This document shows, piece after piece, positions 49,380-59,926 of a DNA stretch of 64,000 nt (within the stretch, counting starts at the first letter, position 1; every line of letters begins with the position of its first letter). The notes under the pieces are model-generated. The model saw only the letters and a program-made list of their open reading frames with translations, had not been told where the DNA came from and did no database searches. Source of the stretch: an uncultured bacterium (GTDB lineage: Bacteria > Oederibacteriota > PGYV01 > CAWJRG01); the NCBI GenBank assembly GCA_963845185.1, contig CAWJRG010000009.1, positions 384,001 to 448,000 on the forward strand, read 5' to 3'. The position numbers and the translations under genes were made by a program.

Positions 49380-51359
49380 TCATTGCTTATGCTGGGCTGA
49401 AAGAGCCTGCATTAAAGCTTTCATGTCTTTATAAGCTGCAAGTTTCTTTTCAGTGTCTGTTTGCCTTGATATATAAACATTAAACCAGTTTAATGCCTGT
49501 TGAGGGTCAAAAGCTGTGTACATGTTTATCAGGATTCCCATAGCCGTTAAATCATAGGGGTCTATTTTAACTGTTTTCAAAAGATATTCTGCCGATACCT
49601 GGATATTTTTTTCATCATAATAATACATATAAGCAATAATTTTAAGGATTGAGGGGTTATCAGGGGAAATAGATTCGGCCGCGTCGCAGTATTTTTTAAA
49701 AGAATTTATATCGCCGGACGCCATTGCATATCTGGCATACTGGATAAAATGCCTGGACAGCACTTCTCTGTAATAGATATCATTGTTTTTATTGTTAAAA
49801 TAGTCCCTGAAACTGGCTATTCTCATGAGCTTATCCGCATTAACAAGCGGTGAATTAAGATCCATCATGATGTAATCAACGCCGTATGGCTTTGTTTTCA
49901 GATGTTGCGCTTCGTATTCATTAGTGTCAGTGTAAAAGACTTTTCCCGGATTTTTAAGGCATATACTGGATTCAATAGCGTCGGCATCGGCGCGCGTGAA
50001 TTTATAGCGAATTATTTTATAAATTGACCTGTCAAAAAAAGAACCGTACCGGTCGTAAATCTGTATATCAAGGCCCTGCTTGCGCACATACCTTGAATAT
50101 AGCAGATCGTAAGTAGGGCAGTCGAGTTCAACAAAAAGTATATCCCCGGGATGTAATATGCCGAGTATGTTGTTTGAAATATCATAACTCAGGAATTTTT
50201 TTGAGGCATTATTTTTATCAAAGTTTGAAAAAAGCATTAAAACAGGTATTAGAAAAAAAAGGGATGAAACAAATAAAATATTTATCCCGTATTTTTTATT
50301 TGCGGCATCCTGCAGTGCACATATGCCGATGGACGCGATAAAAAGAGTAAAAATATCCGTGATGAGGTAAAAAATTTCATTTATATGTGTGAAAACCGGA
50401 GAAAAAGAATAGGTAGTCATGACAATAAGCAGGAAAGTGTTCAAAGCAATGAAAAAAATAAAGACAAGAAACATTTTTTTGTTTTTAAAATAAGCAGTGT
50501 AAAGCCCGTAAAAGAGAAAAATAATTAAGATGTTATAGGATTTGATATACTGCAAAATATAATTAAAAATCTTTGTAAAAAATGCGTAAAAGGAAAAAGG
50601 GGTTTGCGTTACGCTAAAATAAACCGTTCTGAAAATATGATTTATTACTTCGCCGGCCGTGTAAATTTCATCCCAGCAGATAACAGGCCTGGCTTTTACC
50701 CTGATGAAAAGGTATATAAACGATGTTACGACGGAAAATATGAAAAAAAGGCAGGCAAAAGCAAGTCGTTTTGTATTGTTATTATGCATAGAAGCGGAAA
50801 AAAGAATGACCACGCAAAAAATTACAAATAAAAGCGTTATGTGATGCAGCGCTGGCAGAAAGCCCGCGGCATAAGCTGCCATGTATAAATGCGGCGGTCT
50901 GCCTGATTTAACAAAAGATACGGTAAAATAATATGCTATAAGTATAAAACAGTACGTTATAAGGTATATGCTGCCTTTGGCGTGGACAGTCTGACTCCAT
51001 AAAAGCGTTGAAAAAATAAAAACAAACGCTGTAAGTATAGAAACGACGTTTGCCTGTTTTGGGGGGGCATTGAAAAATTCCCGAAGGGTAAAAGAACTGC
51101 ACATGAAAAAAAGCAGAAATATGCAGACACCGGCGGAGGCAGACATTAAATTTACCCGGAAGGCTATGTCGGCAAGGGGAATATTGGTGAAAATTTTGCC
51201 AAGAAGCATTTGCAATGGATAACCAGGCGGATGGCCTATGCCGAGCGTGTAGGCTGCGCTGGCTGTCTCTCCTGAATCGCCGAGATATGCGGTGGGGCAA
51301 GATGTGGAAATAAAAACAGCAGCTATAATAATCGCTAAAGCAGCTAATATATATTTCAT
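49380..51359 (-). CDS. DUF2723/TMEM260-like GT-C membrane glycosyltransferase with C-terminal TPR
   Basis: GDSGE..AAYTLGIGHPPGYPL..LGK, RVNLMSA, multiple TM, TPR tail. Confidence 0.85.
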   Translation of the reverse strand: MKYILAALAIIIAAVFISTSCPTAYLGDSGETASAAYTLGIGHPPGYPLQMLLGKIFTNIPLADIAFRVNLMSASAGVCIFLLFFMCSSFTLREFFNAPPKQANVVSILTAFVFIFSTLLWSQTVHAKGSIYLITYCFILIAYYFTVSFVKSGRPPHLYMAAYAAGFLPALHHITLLFVIFCVVILFSASMHNNNTKRLAFACLFFIFSVVTSFIYLFIRVKARPVICWDEIYTAGEVINHIFRTVYFSVTQTPFSFYAFFTKIFNYILQYIKSYNILIIFLFYGLYTAYFKNKKMFLVFIFFIALNTFLLIVMTTYSFSPVFTHINEIFYLITDIFTLFIASIGICALQDAANKKYGINILFVSSLFFLIPVLMLFSNFDKNNASKKFLSYDISNNILGILHPGDILFVELDCPTYDLLYSRYVRKQGLDIQIYDRYGSFFDRSIYKIIRYKFTRADADAIESSICLKNPGKVFYTDTNEYEAQHLKTKPYGVDYIMMDLNSPLVNADKLMRIASFRDYFNNKNNDIYYREVLSRHFIQYARYAMASGDINSFKKYCDAAESISPDNPSILKIIAYMYYYDEKNIQVSAEYLLKTVKIDPYDLTAMGILINMYTAFDPQQALNWFNVYISRQTDTEKKLAAYKDMKALMQALSAQHKQ

Positions 51360-51379
51360 TGTATACCCCAGGTTTGAAA

Positions 51380-53131
51380 TTATGAACTGTTTTTAAGCAG
51401 TTCTTTTGCAGCATTCATTGCCGATGATGTAACTTTTTCTCCGCTTATCAGCTTGGCTATTTCATGCACTTTTTCATCATTATTTAATTTTTTAATCGTG
51501 GTTTCACTTTTATTGCCTTTTACTACCTTTTCAACCGAATAGTGCAGTTTCGCGAAGCTGGCTATCTGGGGCAGATGGGTTATGCATATAACCTGTTTTT
51601 TTCCTGAAATTTCATTCAGCTTTTTGCCTACTACCTGGGCTATTTTACCTGAAATCCCAGTGTCAATTTCATCAAAGACCATAACAGGTATTTTATCTAT
51701 TTCAGACAGGATATTTTTAATGGAAAGCATTATCCTGGATATTTCGCCGCCCGAGGCGACTTTTACAAGCGGTTTAACATCTTCTCCGGGGTTTAACGAT
51801 ATGAGAAATTCAACCGTATCAATGCCAATAGGCGTCACCCTTAATATTTTTCCGCTTATTTCGACGGATAAATCCGCGGTTTCACTGCCGTTTATGACTG
51901 TCTGCTTTACATCGACTATGAATTTGCCGTGGGCAATACCTAAGTCTTTTAATTCCTCCTCGATTCTTTTGCCAAGCTCTGCTGCTTTTGCTGTCCTGAT
52001 CTTAGAAAGATTTTCACATTTTTTCGAAAGGGCAGCAAGAAGCGAGTTTTTTTCTTTGTTTTTTTCTTTTATGGATTCCTCGTTTAATTCGATGGTTTTA
52101 CGTTCCTGCTTGAGTTCGGCAAAATATTCCCTGATTTCCTTTATTGTGGTTTTTCTGTATTTTTTCATGAGGGTTTCAAACAGCTCTATTCTTTCTTCAG
52201 TGTCCTGAAGTTTGTTTTTGTCAAATTCGACTCGATCCCTGTAGCTGATAAAAAAATCCTTGATTTCTCCTGCTTTTATCAGGGCGTCGTCAATTATGCC
52301 GTCATATGCGGCTGTGATTTTGTCTATTTTTCCTATTGCCTGCATATTTTCTTTTGCCTTTTCAAGCAGAGATATTGCGCCTTCACCTTCCATGTCAAGA
52401 GAAGAAGGGGAAAGGGATGTTATGATATTGTTAATTTCGTTTTTTATAGCTTCGGTGTTAATCATTATTTCGCGTTCCCTTAAAAGGTCATCGTATTCGG
52501 TATCAGACGAAAAGTTTGCCTGCTCAATTTCGTTTATCCTGTAACTTATGGTATCGAGCCTTTCCTGCTTTTCGGACTCAATAACCTGGAGTTTGGAAAT
52601 CTCGGAATTCAAGGCAGCGAGCCTGTTGTAAAGACCGCTGACTTCTGCTCGGGCATTTGAAGCGCTGGCGTAGTCGTCAAGGAGGTCAATATGTATATCC
52701 GGTTTTAAAAGCGACTGGTGCTCATGCTGACCGTGTATGTCAATTAAGAGTTTACCAATTTTTTCAAGCAACGAAAGGGAAGACAAAGCATTGTTTATAT
52801 AAACTTTGCCTTTTGAAGCGCGGTTTATTTCCCTTTTTATGAGAAGAGAATCATCTGTTTTTTCTATTCCTGCTTCCTCGAGCAGGGGATTTAAAAGTTT
52901 TTTTAAGGATTCACTGCGCGTTAAATCAAAAACAGCCTCCACTGTGGCTTTTTCTTCCCCTGTCCTTATATTTTCAGGAGAGGATTTTTCGCCTACGGCT
53001 ATGTTCAAAGCACCGATTATTATGGATTTACCAGCCCCTGTTTCGCCGGTAAGTATGTTTAGCCTGTCGGAAAATTCGATTTCTATGTCTTTTATCAGCG
53101 CGTAATTCTGTATTTTTAAAGCGGATAACAT
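51380..53131 (-). CDS. recN: DNA repair protein RecN
   Basis: TGETGAGKS, IHGQHEHQ, ASGGEISR, FDEIDTGISG, ITHLPQIA. Confidence 0.97.
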   Translation of the reverse strand: MLSALKIQNYALIKDIEIEFSDRLNILTGETGAGKSIIIGALNIAVGEKSSPENIRTGEEKATVEAVFDLTRSESLKKLLNPLLEEAGIEKTDDSLLIKREINRASKGKVYINNALSSLSLLEKIGKLLIDIHGQHEHQSLLKPDIHIDLLDDYASASNARAEVSGLYNRLAALNSEISKLQVIESEKQERLDTISYRINEIEQANFSSDTEYDDLLREREIMINTEAIKNEINNIITSLSPSSLDMEGEGAISLLEKAKENMQAIGKIDKITAAYDGIIDDALIKAGEIKDFFISYRDRVEFDKNKLQDTEERIELFETLMKKYRKTTIKEIREYFAELKQERKTIELNEESIKEKNKEKNSLLAALSKKCENLSKIRTAKAAELGKRIEEELKDLGIAHGKFIVDVKQTVINGSETADLSVEISGKILRVTPIGIDTVEFLISLNPGEDVKPLVKVASGGEISRIMLSIKNILSEIDKIPVMVFDEIDTGISGKIAQVVGKKLNEISGKKQVICITHLPQIASFAKLHYSVEKVVKGNKSETTIKKLNNDEKVHEIAKLISGEKVTSSAMNAAKELLKNSS

Positions 53132-53189
53132 TTTTTACACCTTTGAATTAAAAAAAATTTTATGCAGGATTTTACTATGCCCTGCAATT

Positions 53190-55523
53190 TTATTGTTGAG
53201 GCTTACCCTCTTGCTGTTTGGCAATTTCTTTCTGCAGGTCAGGGTTAAGCTGGAAAGCCTTTGAAAGATATGGATTGGCTTGATCCCTTTTCCCTGTGGC
53301 TGCATAAAGAACTCCAAGGTTATAGTAAGCCTGGGCGAAATCCGGCGTCAATTCTACAACTTTTAGGTAATATTTTTCAGCGTCATTGAATTTTTTGCTT
53401 GTGAAATAAATATTTGCAAGCTTAAAAGCCGCGGTTGAAGCGAGCTGTTTATCACATTGCATGAGAGAGTCAAGAATTGGTGGTATTTTATCAAGCTGAT
53501 AAAGCAAAAAATACAGGTCTATGAGATTAAAATAAAAAAGGCCAGTGACAGGAGCCCTTTTTATAGCTTCTGCATAATAATATATTGAACTATTGAAGGA
53601 GTCCATATTTACGAATTTCCCGGAAGCAAAATCAGGGTTTTGCATCCTGCCGAGCAGGGAGTATATCCGGGCTATATTTCCCCAATAATAGGAATTGCCC
53701 GGATTTAAATCAGTGCCTTTTTTATATTCTTTGATTGCAATTTCTATATAATTTGCGACTGACTGTATAAGTTGCTGTTTTTCATCGATAGTCGGTGGTT
53801 TGGTAGTTGATGTTAACGCAGTGTACATTTGCAGGGCAAGCTGTTCGTAAGCTAAACCTAGATAAACATGGTATTTAACTTCGTCCGGTTCCTCTCTAAC
53901 TGAAATTTCATGTTCTTTTACAGACAAGTCCCATCTGTTATAGACATCGCCAAGGATTTTACCCCTGTTATAGTGCACATCAGCGTCAAATATGCTGTAT
54001 GCCCTGAATGAGAGGAAAAATGCGAGAAAAACAGCCCCGAACTGCAATATCCACCTGAAAATTATGTTTGCTTCCGAAGACCTGTAAAACACAAAGTCTT
54101 TTTTTTTGGTACCGTAAAGGTCGTTGTAAATTACAGCATGGATGCCCATGAATAAATAAAACGCGGTATTTATTGCCGCTACGCCGAAACTGAATATATT
54201 TTGTATAAAATACGCAATAAAGGCGGCAAACATGCCGAAAGAAAGGATTTTAAGATCGTATTCCTTTATGCGCCTGAACCCGTCAGCCCACAACTTTATA
54301 TAAGCCACAATTAAAAGCAAATAAATGCCCAGCGAAGACAGACCCATGGTCGAAGGTATATTCAGGAGCTCGTTATGCGCGGTCCTTGACGATACATTGG
54401 CTCCGTCAATTTGCGCGAAATTCGTTCCCTCGTAAGCAGGGAACACGGTCTTAAAGGTGTCAACGCCAGTCCCCAAAAAAGGGTGGGCTTTAATAACTTT
54501 GAAAGCAGGGATCCATATATGCAGGCGAGATATTTGCAGGCTGTTTTTCACATGAACTATTGAATTCAACAAGCGGAATGACGCATCTTTGCCTATTGTT
54601 AAACTCAGGGCTACAGACAGTATAATTACAACAAGCAGACCGACAATCCAGACTTGAAATTTTTTAACGAGTGTCCGTAAAACCAAGAAAACTGAAATGT
54701 GAGTCTCCTCCGAAGTTTTCACAATGTCTTTATACCCAACGTAAAGGCCATAAGAAATGAAAGACAGAAAGGCAAAAACAAAACCCAGGAAAGGGCCGCG
54801 GCTTTGCGTGCCGATTAAAGCCATGTAAAGCAACACAAAAAGCACAACCAGCAACATTGCGAAATTTTTTTTCTGGTTTTTTAGCAGGATAAGGAAAAAA
54901 GATATAGTGACAGGTATTACCATTATTATAAGAGCGCCCAAAAAATTAGGATTTCCCATAGTTGCGAAAAAGCGTCCTTTTATGACGGACGTATCGTTCC
55001 ATTTTATTATGTCATACCCGAAATACTGGGCTATGGCATACACCGTAATTATTAGACCGGAAAACAAAAAGGCCCAATTCAGAACAAAAAACTGTTTTTT
55101 CCCCTTTAAATTCTGGGTTGCTATATAATAAATTGCAACATAATTTATATTTGAAAGCGAGCCTGCAAAATTTTCATATTCGCCCCTGAAACTTATGGAA
55201 GGGGATACACTGTGAAAAGTGGTTATGATATTTAAAATAACCCATAAAAACATAGGTAAATCGAGAGGGGTAGGCGTGAAGGAAAATTTTCCCAGCTCAA
55301 GAGTTTTTATCAGCCATATACCCAGCATTACGGAAGTGAGTATCCTTAAAAGTGTCAGTTTGGGCATTTCAAACTGGTCGTAAGAAACAATGTTAAAGTA
55401 AATAGGAATTGTAAAAATAGTTATAACGAGCAAATAAAACAATATTTTATCGCACCATTCGACGACCAAATTTCCGTTATTGATTATTACCTGAGGTTTT
55501 TGCTGTATTTTATCTTTTGCCAT
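53190..55523 (-). CDS. O-antigen ligase / O-oligosaccharyltransferase-like (Wzy_C) protein with TPR tail
   Basis: ATMGNPNFLG, TQSRG, RLHIW, HPFLGTG.DTF, AHNELL; TPRs at the C-terminus. Confidence 0.87.
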   Translation of the reverse strand: MAKDKIQQKPQVIINNGNLVVEWCDKILFYLLVITIFTIPIYFNIVSYDQFEMPKLTLLRILTSVMLGIWLIKTLELGKFSFTPTPLDLPMFLWVILNIITTFHSVSPSISFRGEYENFAGSLSNINYVAIYYIATQNLKGKKQFFVLNWAFLFSGLIITVYAIAQYFGYDIIKWNDTSVIKGRFFATMGNPNFLGALIIMVIPVTISFFLILLKNQKKNFAMLLVVLFVLLYMALIGTQSRGPFLGFVFAFLSFISYGLYVGYKDIVKTSEETHISVFLVLRTLVKKFQVWIVGLLVVIILSVALSLTIGKDASFRLLNSIVHVKNSLQISRLHIWIPAFKVIKAHPFLGTGVDTFKTVFPAYEGTNFAQIDGANVSSRTAHNELLNIPSTMGLSSLGIYLLLIVAYIKLWADGFRRIKEYDLKILSFGMFAAFIAYFIQNIFSFGVAAINTAFYLFMGIHAVIYNDLYGTKKKDFVFYRSSEANIIFRWILQFGAVFLAFFLSFRAYSIFDADVHYNRGKILGDVYNRWDLSVKEHEISVREEPDEVKYHVYLGLAYEQLALQMYTALTSTTKPPTIDEKQQLIQSVANYIEIAIKEYKKGTDLNPGNSYYWGNIARIYSLLGRMQNPDFASGKFVNMDSFNSSIYYYAEAIKRAPVTGLFYFNLIDLYFLLYQLDKIPPILDSLMQCDKQLASTAAFKLANIYFTSKKFNDAEKYYLKVVELTPDFAQAYYNLGVLYAATGKRDQANPYLSKAFQLNPDLQKEIAKQQEGKPQQ

Positions 55524-55573
55524 CTTGATTTAGGCTCCGAATTTAATGATTTTATAATAAAATTAATAAAGAT

Positions 55574-55602
55574 AGTATAGGAATAAAAATATGCTAAGTC
55601 AA
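55574..55602 (-). promoter_or_regulatory. Sigma70 promoter (leftward)
   Basis: TTGACT-17-TATACT on the minus strand. Confidence 0.65.
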
Positions 55603-55689
55603 TATATAAATTGCCAAACATAAAACGAGTCGAGGTAATACAATCATTTTACTCCGCTTTTATTAACGTAATCCTAATTATTTATATTC

Positions 55690-55718
55690 TTGACTTCACG
55701 ATAAAAAACTATTAGAAT
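55690..55718 (+). promoter_or_regulatory. Sigma70 promoter for sppA
   Basis: TTGACT-17-TAGAAT. Confidence 0.65.
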
Positions 55719-55785
55719 ATCTTGCGTATTTAAACACATTTTTATTGGGAAATATTTTGTCTAAAAATCGACTTAGGAGACGATA

Positions 55786-56706
55786 ATGAAAAAAAAGATC
55801 TTATGGGGTTTAATATTAGGCATATTGGTAATATATCTTGCTTTCGCGCAGTTTGGACATTTGTTTGACCAAAAACAAAGTTTATTGTACGGGACGAGAA
55901 TTGCACTTATAAATATAGATGGGGAAATTTTGGAAACAACGCATACTCTTGAAATGTTAAATTATTACAGCAATATGCCCAATGTAAAGGTTATTGTCTT
56001 AAGAATCAACAGCCCGGGCGGGGGAGTTGCCGCATCGCAGGAAATATTCAAGCAGATTAAAAAAACTAAGGAAAAAGGTAAAAAAATTGTTGTTTCAATG
56101 TCTGATTCTGCAGCCTCGGGTGCATACTATATATCTGCTGCGGCTGACAAAATAGTCGCGAATCCAGGAACAATTACTGGCAGTATTGGCGTGATTATAA
56201 GCTATCCGTACGCAAAAAAGCTTCTTGATAAAATCGGTCTTGATTTTATAACAATAAAAAGCGGTCAATATAAGGATGTAGGCTCGCTTTCGAGGGAAAC
56301 TTCGGTAAACGAAAGAAAGCTGTTACAAAACATGATTAATGATGTGCTAAATCAATTTGTTGATGATGTTGTAAATTCCAGGCTTGAGGCGCTGGCAAAA
56401 GCATTTAAAATCACAGAAAAGAAAGAAGAGACAAAAAGAAAACTCGTTAAGGAATATATGCTTAAAAATGTGGCAGATGGAAGGATACTCACCGGCAGGC
56501 AGGCATTACAGCTCGGCCTGGTTGACGAGCTGGGAAACATTGACGACGCGATAGAGGCAGCTGCAAAAATGGCCGGTATTAAAGGAAGGCCTCTTGTCAT
56601 ATCAGAAAAACCAAAACAATCATTCGCAAATATGCTTTCGTCAATGATTGGAAATATAAATTTTAGGCAGGATTCAGGGGCGATGATAAAGTATATTTTA
56701 AAATAA
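55786..56706 (+). CDS. sppA: Signal peptide peptidase SppA (S49, single domain)
   Basis: RINSPGG, AASGAYYI, TGSIGV, KSGQYKD, GLVDELG. Confidence 0.94.
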   Translation: MKKKILWGLILGILVIYLAFAQFGHLFDQKQSLLYGTRIALINIDGEILETTHTLEMLNYYSNMPNVKVIVLRINSPGGGVAASQEIFKQIKKTKEKGKKIVVSMSDSAASGAYYISAAADKIVANPGTITGSIGVIISYPYAKKLLDKIGLDFITIKSGQYKDVGSLSRETSVNERKLLQNMINDVLNQFVDDVVNSRLEALAKAFKITEKKEETKRKLVKEYMLKNVADGRILTGRQALQLGLVDELGNIDDAIEAAAKMAGIKGRPLVISEKPKQSFANMLSSMIGNINFRQDSGAMIKYILK

Positions 56707-56709
56707 ATA

Positions 56710-56800
56710 ATACCGCTAATTCTTTTGATTTGAGCGGGTATAAGTTTTTGCAATACTTTGCCTGCGACTGTTGATGGCTTGGCAAAGTAAATGAATTCTA
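56710..56800 (+). ncRNA. Candidate structured RNA, copy 2 of 3
   Basis: Shortened first hairpin ending GATTTGAGCGGGTATAAG; AA/A loop; stem TACTTTGCC/GGCAAAGTA; loop containing CTGTTGATGGCTT. Confidence 0.7.
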
Positions 56801-56812
56801 AGGAGGAATTGT

Positions 56813-59122
56813 ATGGCTGATAACGTTGATAATCAGGATAAAAAAGGTCCGAAAGATGTAACTCCAAATCCTTTGGAAGAAGCTACGGCAAAAAAACAAA
56901 CACCACCACCGGAAACGGAAGAAGCGGCCCCTGCGCCTGGGCAACAGGCTGAAGGTGTTGCTGAACCGGCAGCAGAACAGCCCAAGCCCGAAGAGCCGCC
57001 AAAGATTTTAAAAGGGATATTTCTTAATTCTATTACATGGAACAGGACAGCCCAGCTTATTCTTATTGTTGCCGGAGTTTTTGCTTTAATTCTTTCAATA
57101 AGCATGAAAGTTTTTATTCCTTTGCCCGCTACTATTGGCGCGTTGCTGCTTGCACTTGCCGCATTTTTTGACAGCTACATACTTAAAAAATTCCACAAAG
57201 ACGCAGGTAAACTGCAGATAATGCTCAGATATGTGTTAACGGGAGTTTTAGGAATAATGGCTATAGTTTTTGCAATTCAGCTTGCCAAGCCTTACAGCAG
57301 GGAAATGAACAACAACCTAATGATGTTCGCTTTTTTGATCGCACTGATAGTAGTAATAATCAATTTTGTGCTGTATTTGCATAAGAATAAAGATGCGGCT
57401 CTTGCGGATATTTATTTATTTGTTGCATTTGTGGCAATTGTTATGGCATTTTATATTTTCAGGTATTTTTATATAGTGCCGGCCATGACACTTGCACTTG
57501 CAGGAGCTATACTTCTTTCCATGTCACTTTCAAAGGAGCCTTTGCGCACAGACGAAAAGTTTCCAATTAAAATACTGGGTGTAATCCTTATGCTTTTGTT
57601 TCTGGCGCCGATTGTGTATTATGCATTGACAATTTATTTTACTCCTCAGGCGAACGTCATGGAATATACAACTGTTTCACCCGAGTACAACAACAGGCCA
57701 GAGAATCTTGCGTGGTCGGGCGACAATAAGTCCCTTGTATTTAGTGTTTTTAGTAAAAAGAAAAAAATGGGAATAGTTTCAATTATTAATGCCCTCAGCG
57801 CAGGGACGGCCGAATTACCCCCTGAAGGCGATACTAAGTTAACACTCCCGGAATTTATTGATGCTCCTCAATGGAATAAGGCGAGCAATTTTATAATATT
57901 GACGGGTGGAAATACTGAAACAGGCCCGAGAAATATATGGGGGATCTCGCTTGCGCTATCAAAAATGCAGCAGCCCTTAAAAAACAATAAAGATAAAGAA
58001 AATAACACGCGCCTTCTTGTATCCGATATAAAAAAAATAATCGATGTGGAATGCTTGCCGGTTACTCATAAAACAGCATGGTCTTCAGATTCGAAGAAAT
58101 TTGTGTTCGCGGCAAAAACAAAAAAGGAAGGATTATTCAACCTCTGGACTTCTGATATAAACAGGCAGTCGATAACGCCGATTACAAAGGGCTTTAAGAA
58201 AATTTTTCCTTTATGGTCCCCTGCAGAAGATAAAATCCTTTATGTGAGCAAAACAGATAGCTATTCATATCTTAAAATTTCAAATTATGACGGTTCAAAC
58301 GCGCATGAATTCAATCCCGGCAGAAAAAGCGACAGGGAACTGCTGCCTTGTTGGGACCCGAATGAGTCAAAGGTTATTTTCCTTGCTAAAGGCAAGGAGC
58401 TTATGATAATGAATGCCAATGCGACAAAAAAAGCAAAGCTCACCAGGGAAACATTTACTCCGAGAGATCACTGGCTTTCCCCAGAAAGAAAAAAATTAAG
58501 AATTAACTTTACTGAAACAGGAGACATATGGAGGGTATGGACCATTGAAAACAACGGCAAACATAATAAGGAAATATTTAAACAGGCCTGCAGCGGATTT
58601 ACCCAGCCTAAATGGAGCTACGACGGCAATAATATTGCATTAAACGCGGATTACGGGAAAACGAACTCAATATGGATATTCGGGAAAAACGGCGAAATCC
58701 CTTTGAAAATTTATACGTCAGAGGATAAAATAAGTTTTCTTGAATGGTCCCCGTCATCAAAAAAACTCGCTTTTCTTGTAAAGAAGTTTTTAAAACAGGA
58801 GCTCTGGGTGATCAACAGCGACGGAACCAAGCCTAAAAAGCTTTATTCCACTTTTGGCGACATCGGAAACGTTTCATGGGATAACGACGACAAGCGCCTT
58901 GTTTTTGACGAAACATTCAGCCATATATTGTTTGTGCCCGAAATAACCACTGCGAAAATAGTCCATTCCAAAACCGGGGAAATATGGAGGCTGTTACCCT
59001 ATAACTTTTATTCAAAATACCCAGCGTGGTCCGAAAAGGGCGACATGATAGCTTACATAGGCTGGAAAGAGATATGGTTGCCTTCAGCTGTATATAAAAT
59101 TTGGATAGCAAGGCTGCAATAA
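56813..59122 (+). CDS. Multi-pass membrane protein with TolB/PD40-type beta-propeller domains
   Basis: Acidic Pro-rich N-tail, about 7 TM, then repeated PxWS.D/WSP blades. Confidence 0.75.
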   Translation: MADNVDNQDKKGPKDVTPNPLEEATAKKQTPPPETEEAAPAPGQQAEGVAEPAAEQPKPEEPPKILKGIFLNSITWNRTAQLILIVAGVFALILSISMKVFIPLPATIGALLLALAAFFDSYILKKFHKDAGKLQIMLRYVLTGVLGIMAIVFAIQLAKPYSREMNNNLMMFAFLIALIVVIINFVLYLHKNKDAALADIYLFVAFVAIVMAFYIFRYFYIVPAMTLALAGAILLSMSLSKEPLRTDEKFPIKILGVILMLLFLAPIVYYALTIYFTPQANVMEYTTVSPEYNNRPENLAWSGDNKSLVFSVFSKKKKMGIVSIINALSAGTAELPPEGDTKLTLPEFIDAPQWNKASNFIILTGGNTETGPRNIWGISLALSKMQQPLKNNKDKENNTRLLVSDIKKIIDVECLPVTHKTAWSSDSKKFVFAAKTKKEGLFNLWTSDINRQSITPITKGFKKIFPLWSPAEDKILYVSKTDSYSYLKISNYDGSNAHEFNPGRKSDRELLPCWDPNESKVIFLAKGKELMIMNANATKKAKLTRETFTPRDHWLSPERKKLRINFTETGDIWRVWTIENNGKHNKEIFKQACSGFTQPKWSYDGNNIALNADYGKTNSIWIFGKNGEIPLKIYTSEDKISFLEWSPSSKKLAFLVKKFLKQELWVINSDGTKPKKLYSTFGDIGNVSWDNDDKRLVFDETFSHILFVPEITTAKIVHSKTGEIWRLLPYNFYSKYPAWSEKGDMIAYIGWKEIWLPSAVYKIWIARLQ

Positions 59123-59273
59123 TTCAGATAACGAAGGGTTGTTGTGCGCGGCAAAAAGATATAGGTTTACAAATCACAAATTACGTGATAAGCTTATATT
59201 CATTAATTACGAAGTTAATTATTAAACATTCGAACAATCTCATATAAAGCTTGATTCTCTTTTTTTTACAACG

Positions 59274-59291
59274 AAGTGAATTTTTTCACAT
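59274..59291 (+). promoter_or_regulatory. Rex-like (or CRP/FNR-like) operator upstream of hdrC
   Basis: AAGTGAA-TTTT-TTCACAT versus Rex TTGTGAA-N4-TTCACAA. Confidence 0.5.
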
Positions 59292-59332
59292 TAATTAATT
59301 TTATTAAAATTCATTTTTTAAGGAGTAAAAAA

Positions 59333-59926
59333 ATGTTGTCAAACAAAAAAGAAAAGGAACTTTCGCAGATTATTGCAAAAGAATTTGAACATTTGCCCGA
59401 GGGTGAAAAACTTAAGGAGTGCATCCAGTGCGGGACATGCTCGGGAAGCTGCCCTGTATCATTTGCCATGGATTATACACCACGTCAAATTATCGCAATG
59501 CTCCGCGCCGATATGATAAATGAGGTTTTAAAAAGCGACACGGTCTGGATATGCGCTTCGTGCTATCTTTGCGGCGCGCGCTGCCCGGCGGGCATTAATT
59601 TTACAGACTTTATGTACCATTTGAAACAGGAAGGCATCAAATACGGCATAGGGCCGCGCAACAAGAAAGCCATCAAGATGGCAAAAGATTTCGGCACTGT
59701 AGTGAGCGAGCACGGGCGGAACTTTGAATCCGAGTTACTGGTCAGGTATAACCTGCGCACAAACCCCTTTAATTTTTTCAAACTAATACCGCTTGCTATA
59801 AAAATGCTTTTGACAAAAAGGATGCCTTTTTTCCCGTCGAGAGTTAAAGGCATTAAGTTCATAAGAAAGGTCTTGAAATCTAAAACCACGCCCAAGCCTG
59901 CGGAAAAAGCCGAGGTGGTATCATGA
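59333..59926 (+). CDS. hdrC: Heterodisulfide reductase subunit C
   Basis: CIQCGTCSGSCP and CASCYLCGARCP; start moved to ATG 59333 after SD AGGAG. Confidence 0.9.
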   Translation: MLSNKKEKELSQIIAKEFEHLPEGEKLKECIQCGTCSGSCPVSFAMDYTPRQIIAMLRADMINEVLKSDTVWICASCYLCGARCPAGINFTDFMYHLKQEGIKYGIGPRNKKAIKMAKDFGTVVSEHGRNFESELLVRYNLRTNPFNFFKLIPLAIKMLLTKRMPFFPSRVKGIKFIRKVLKSKTTPKPAEKAEVVS

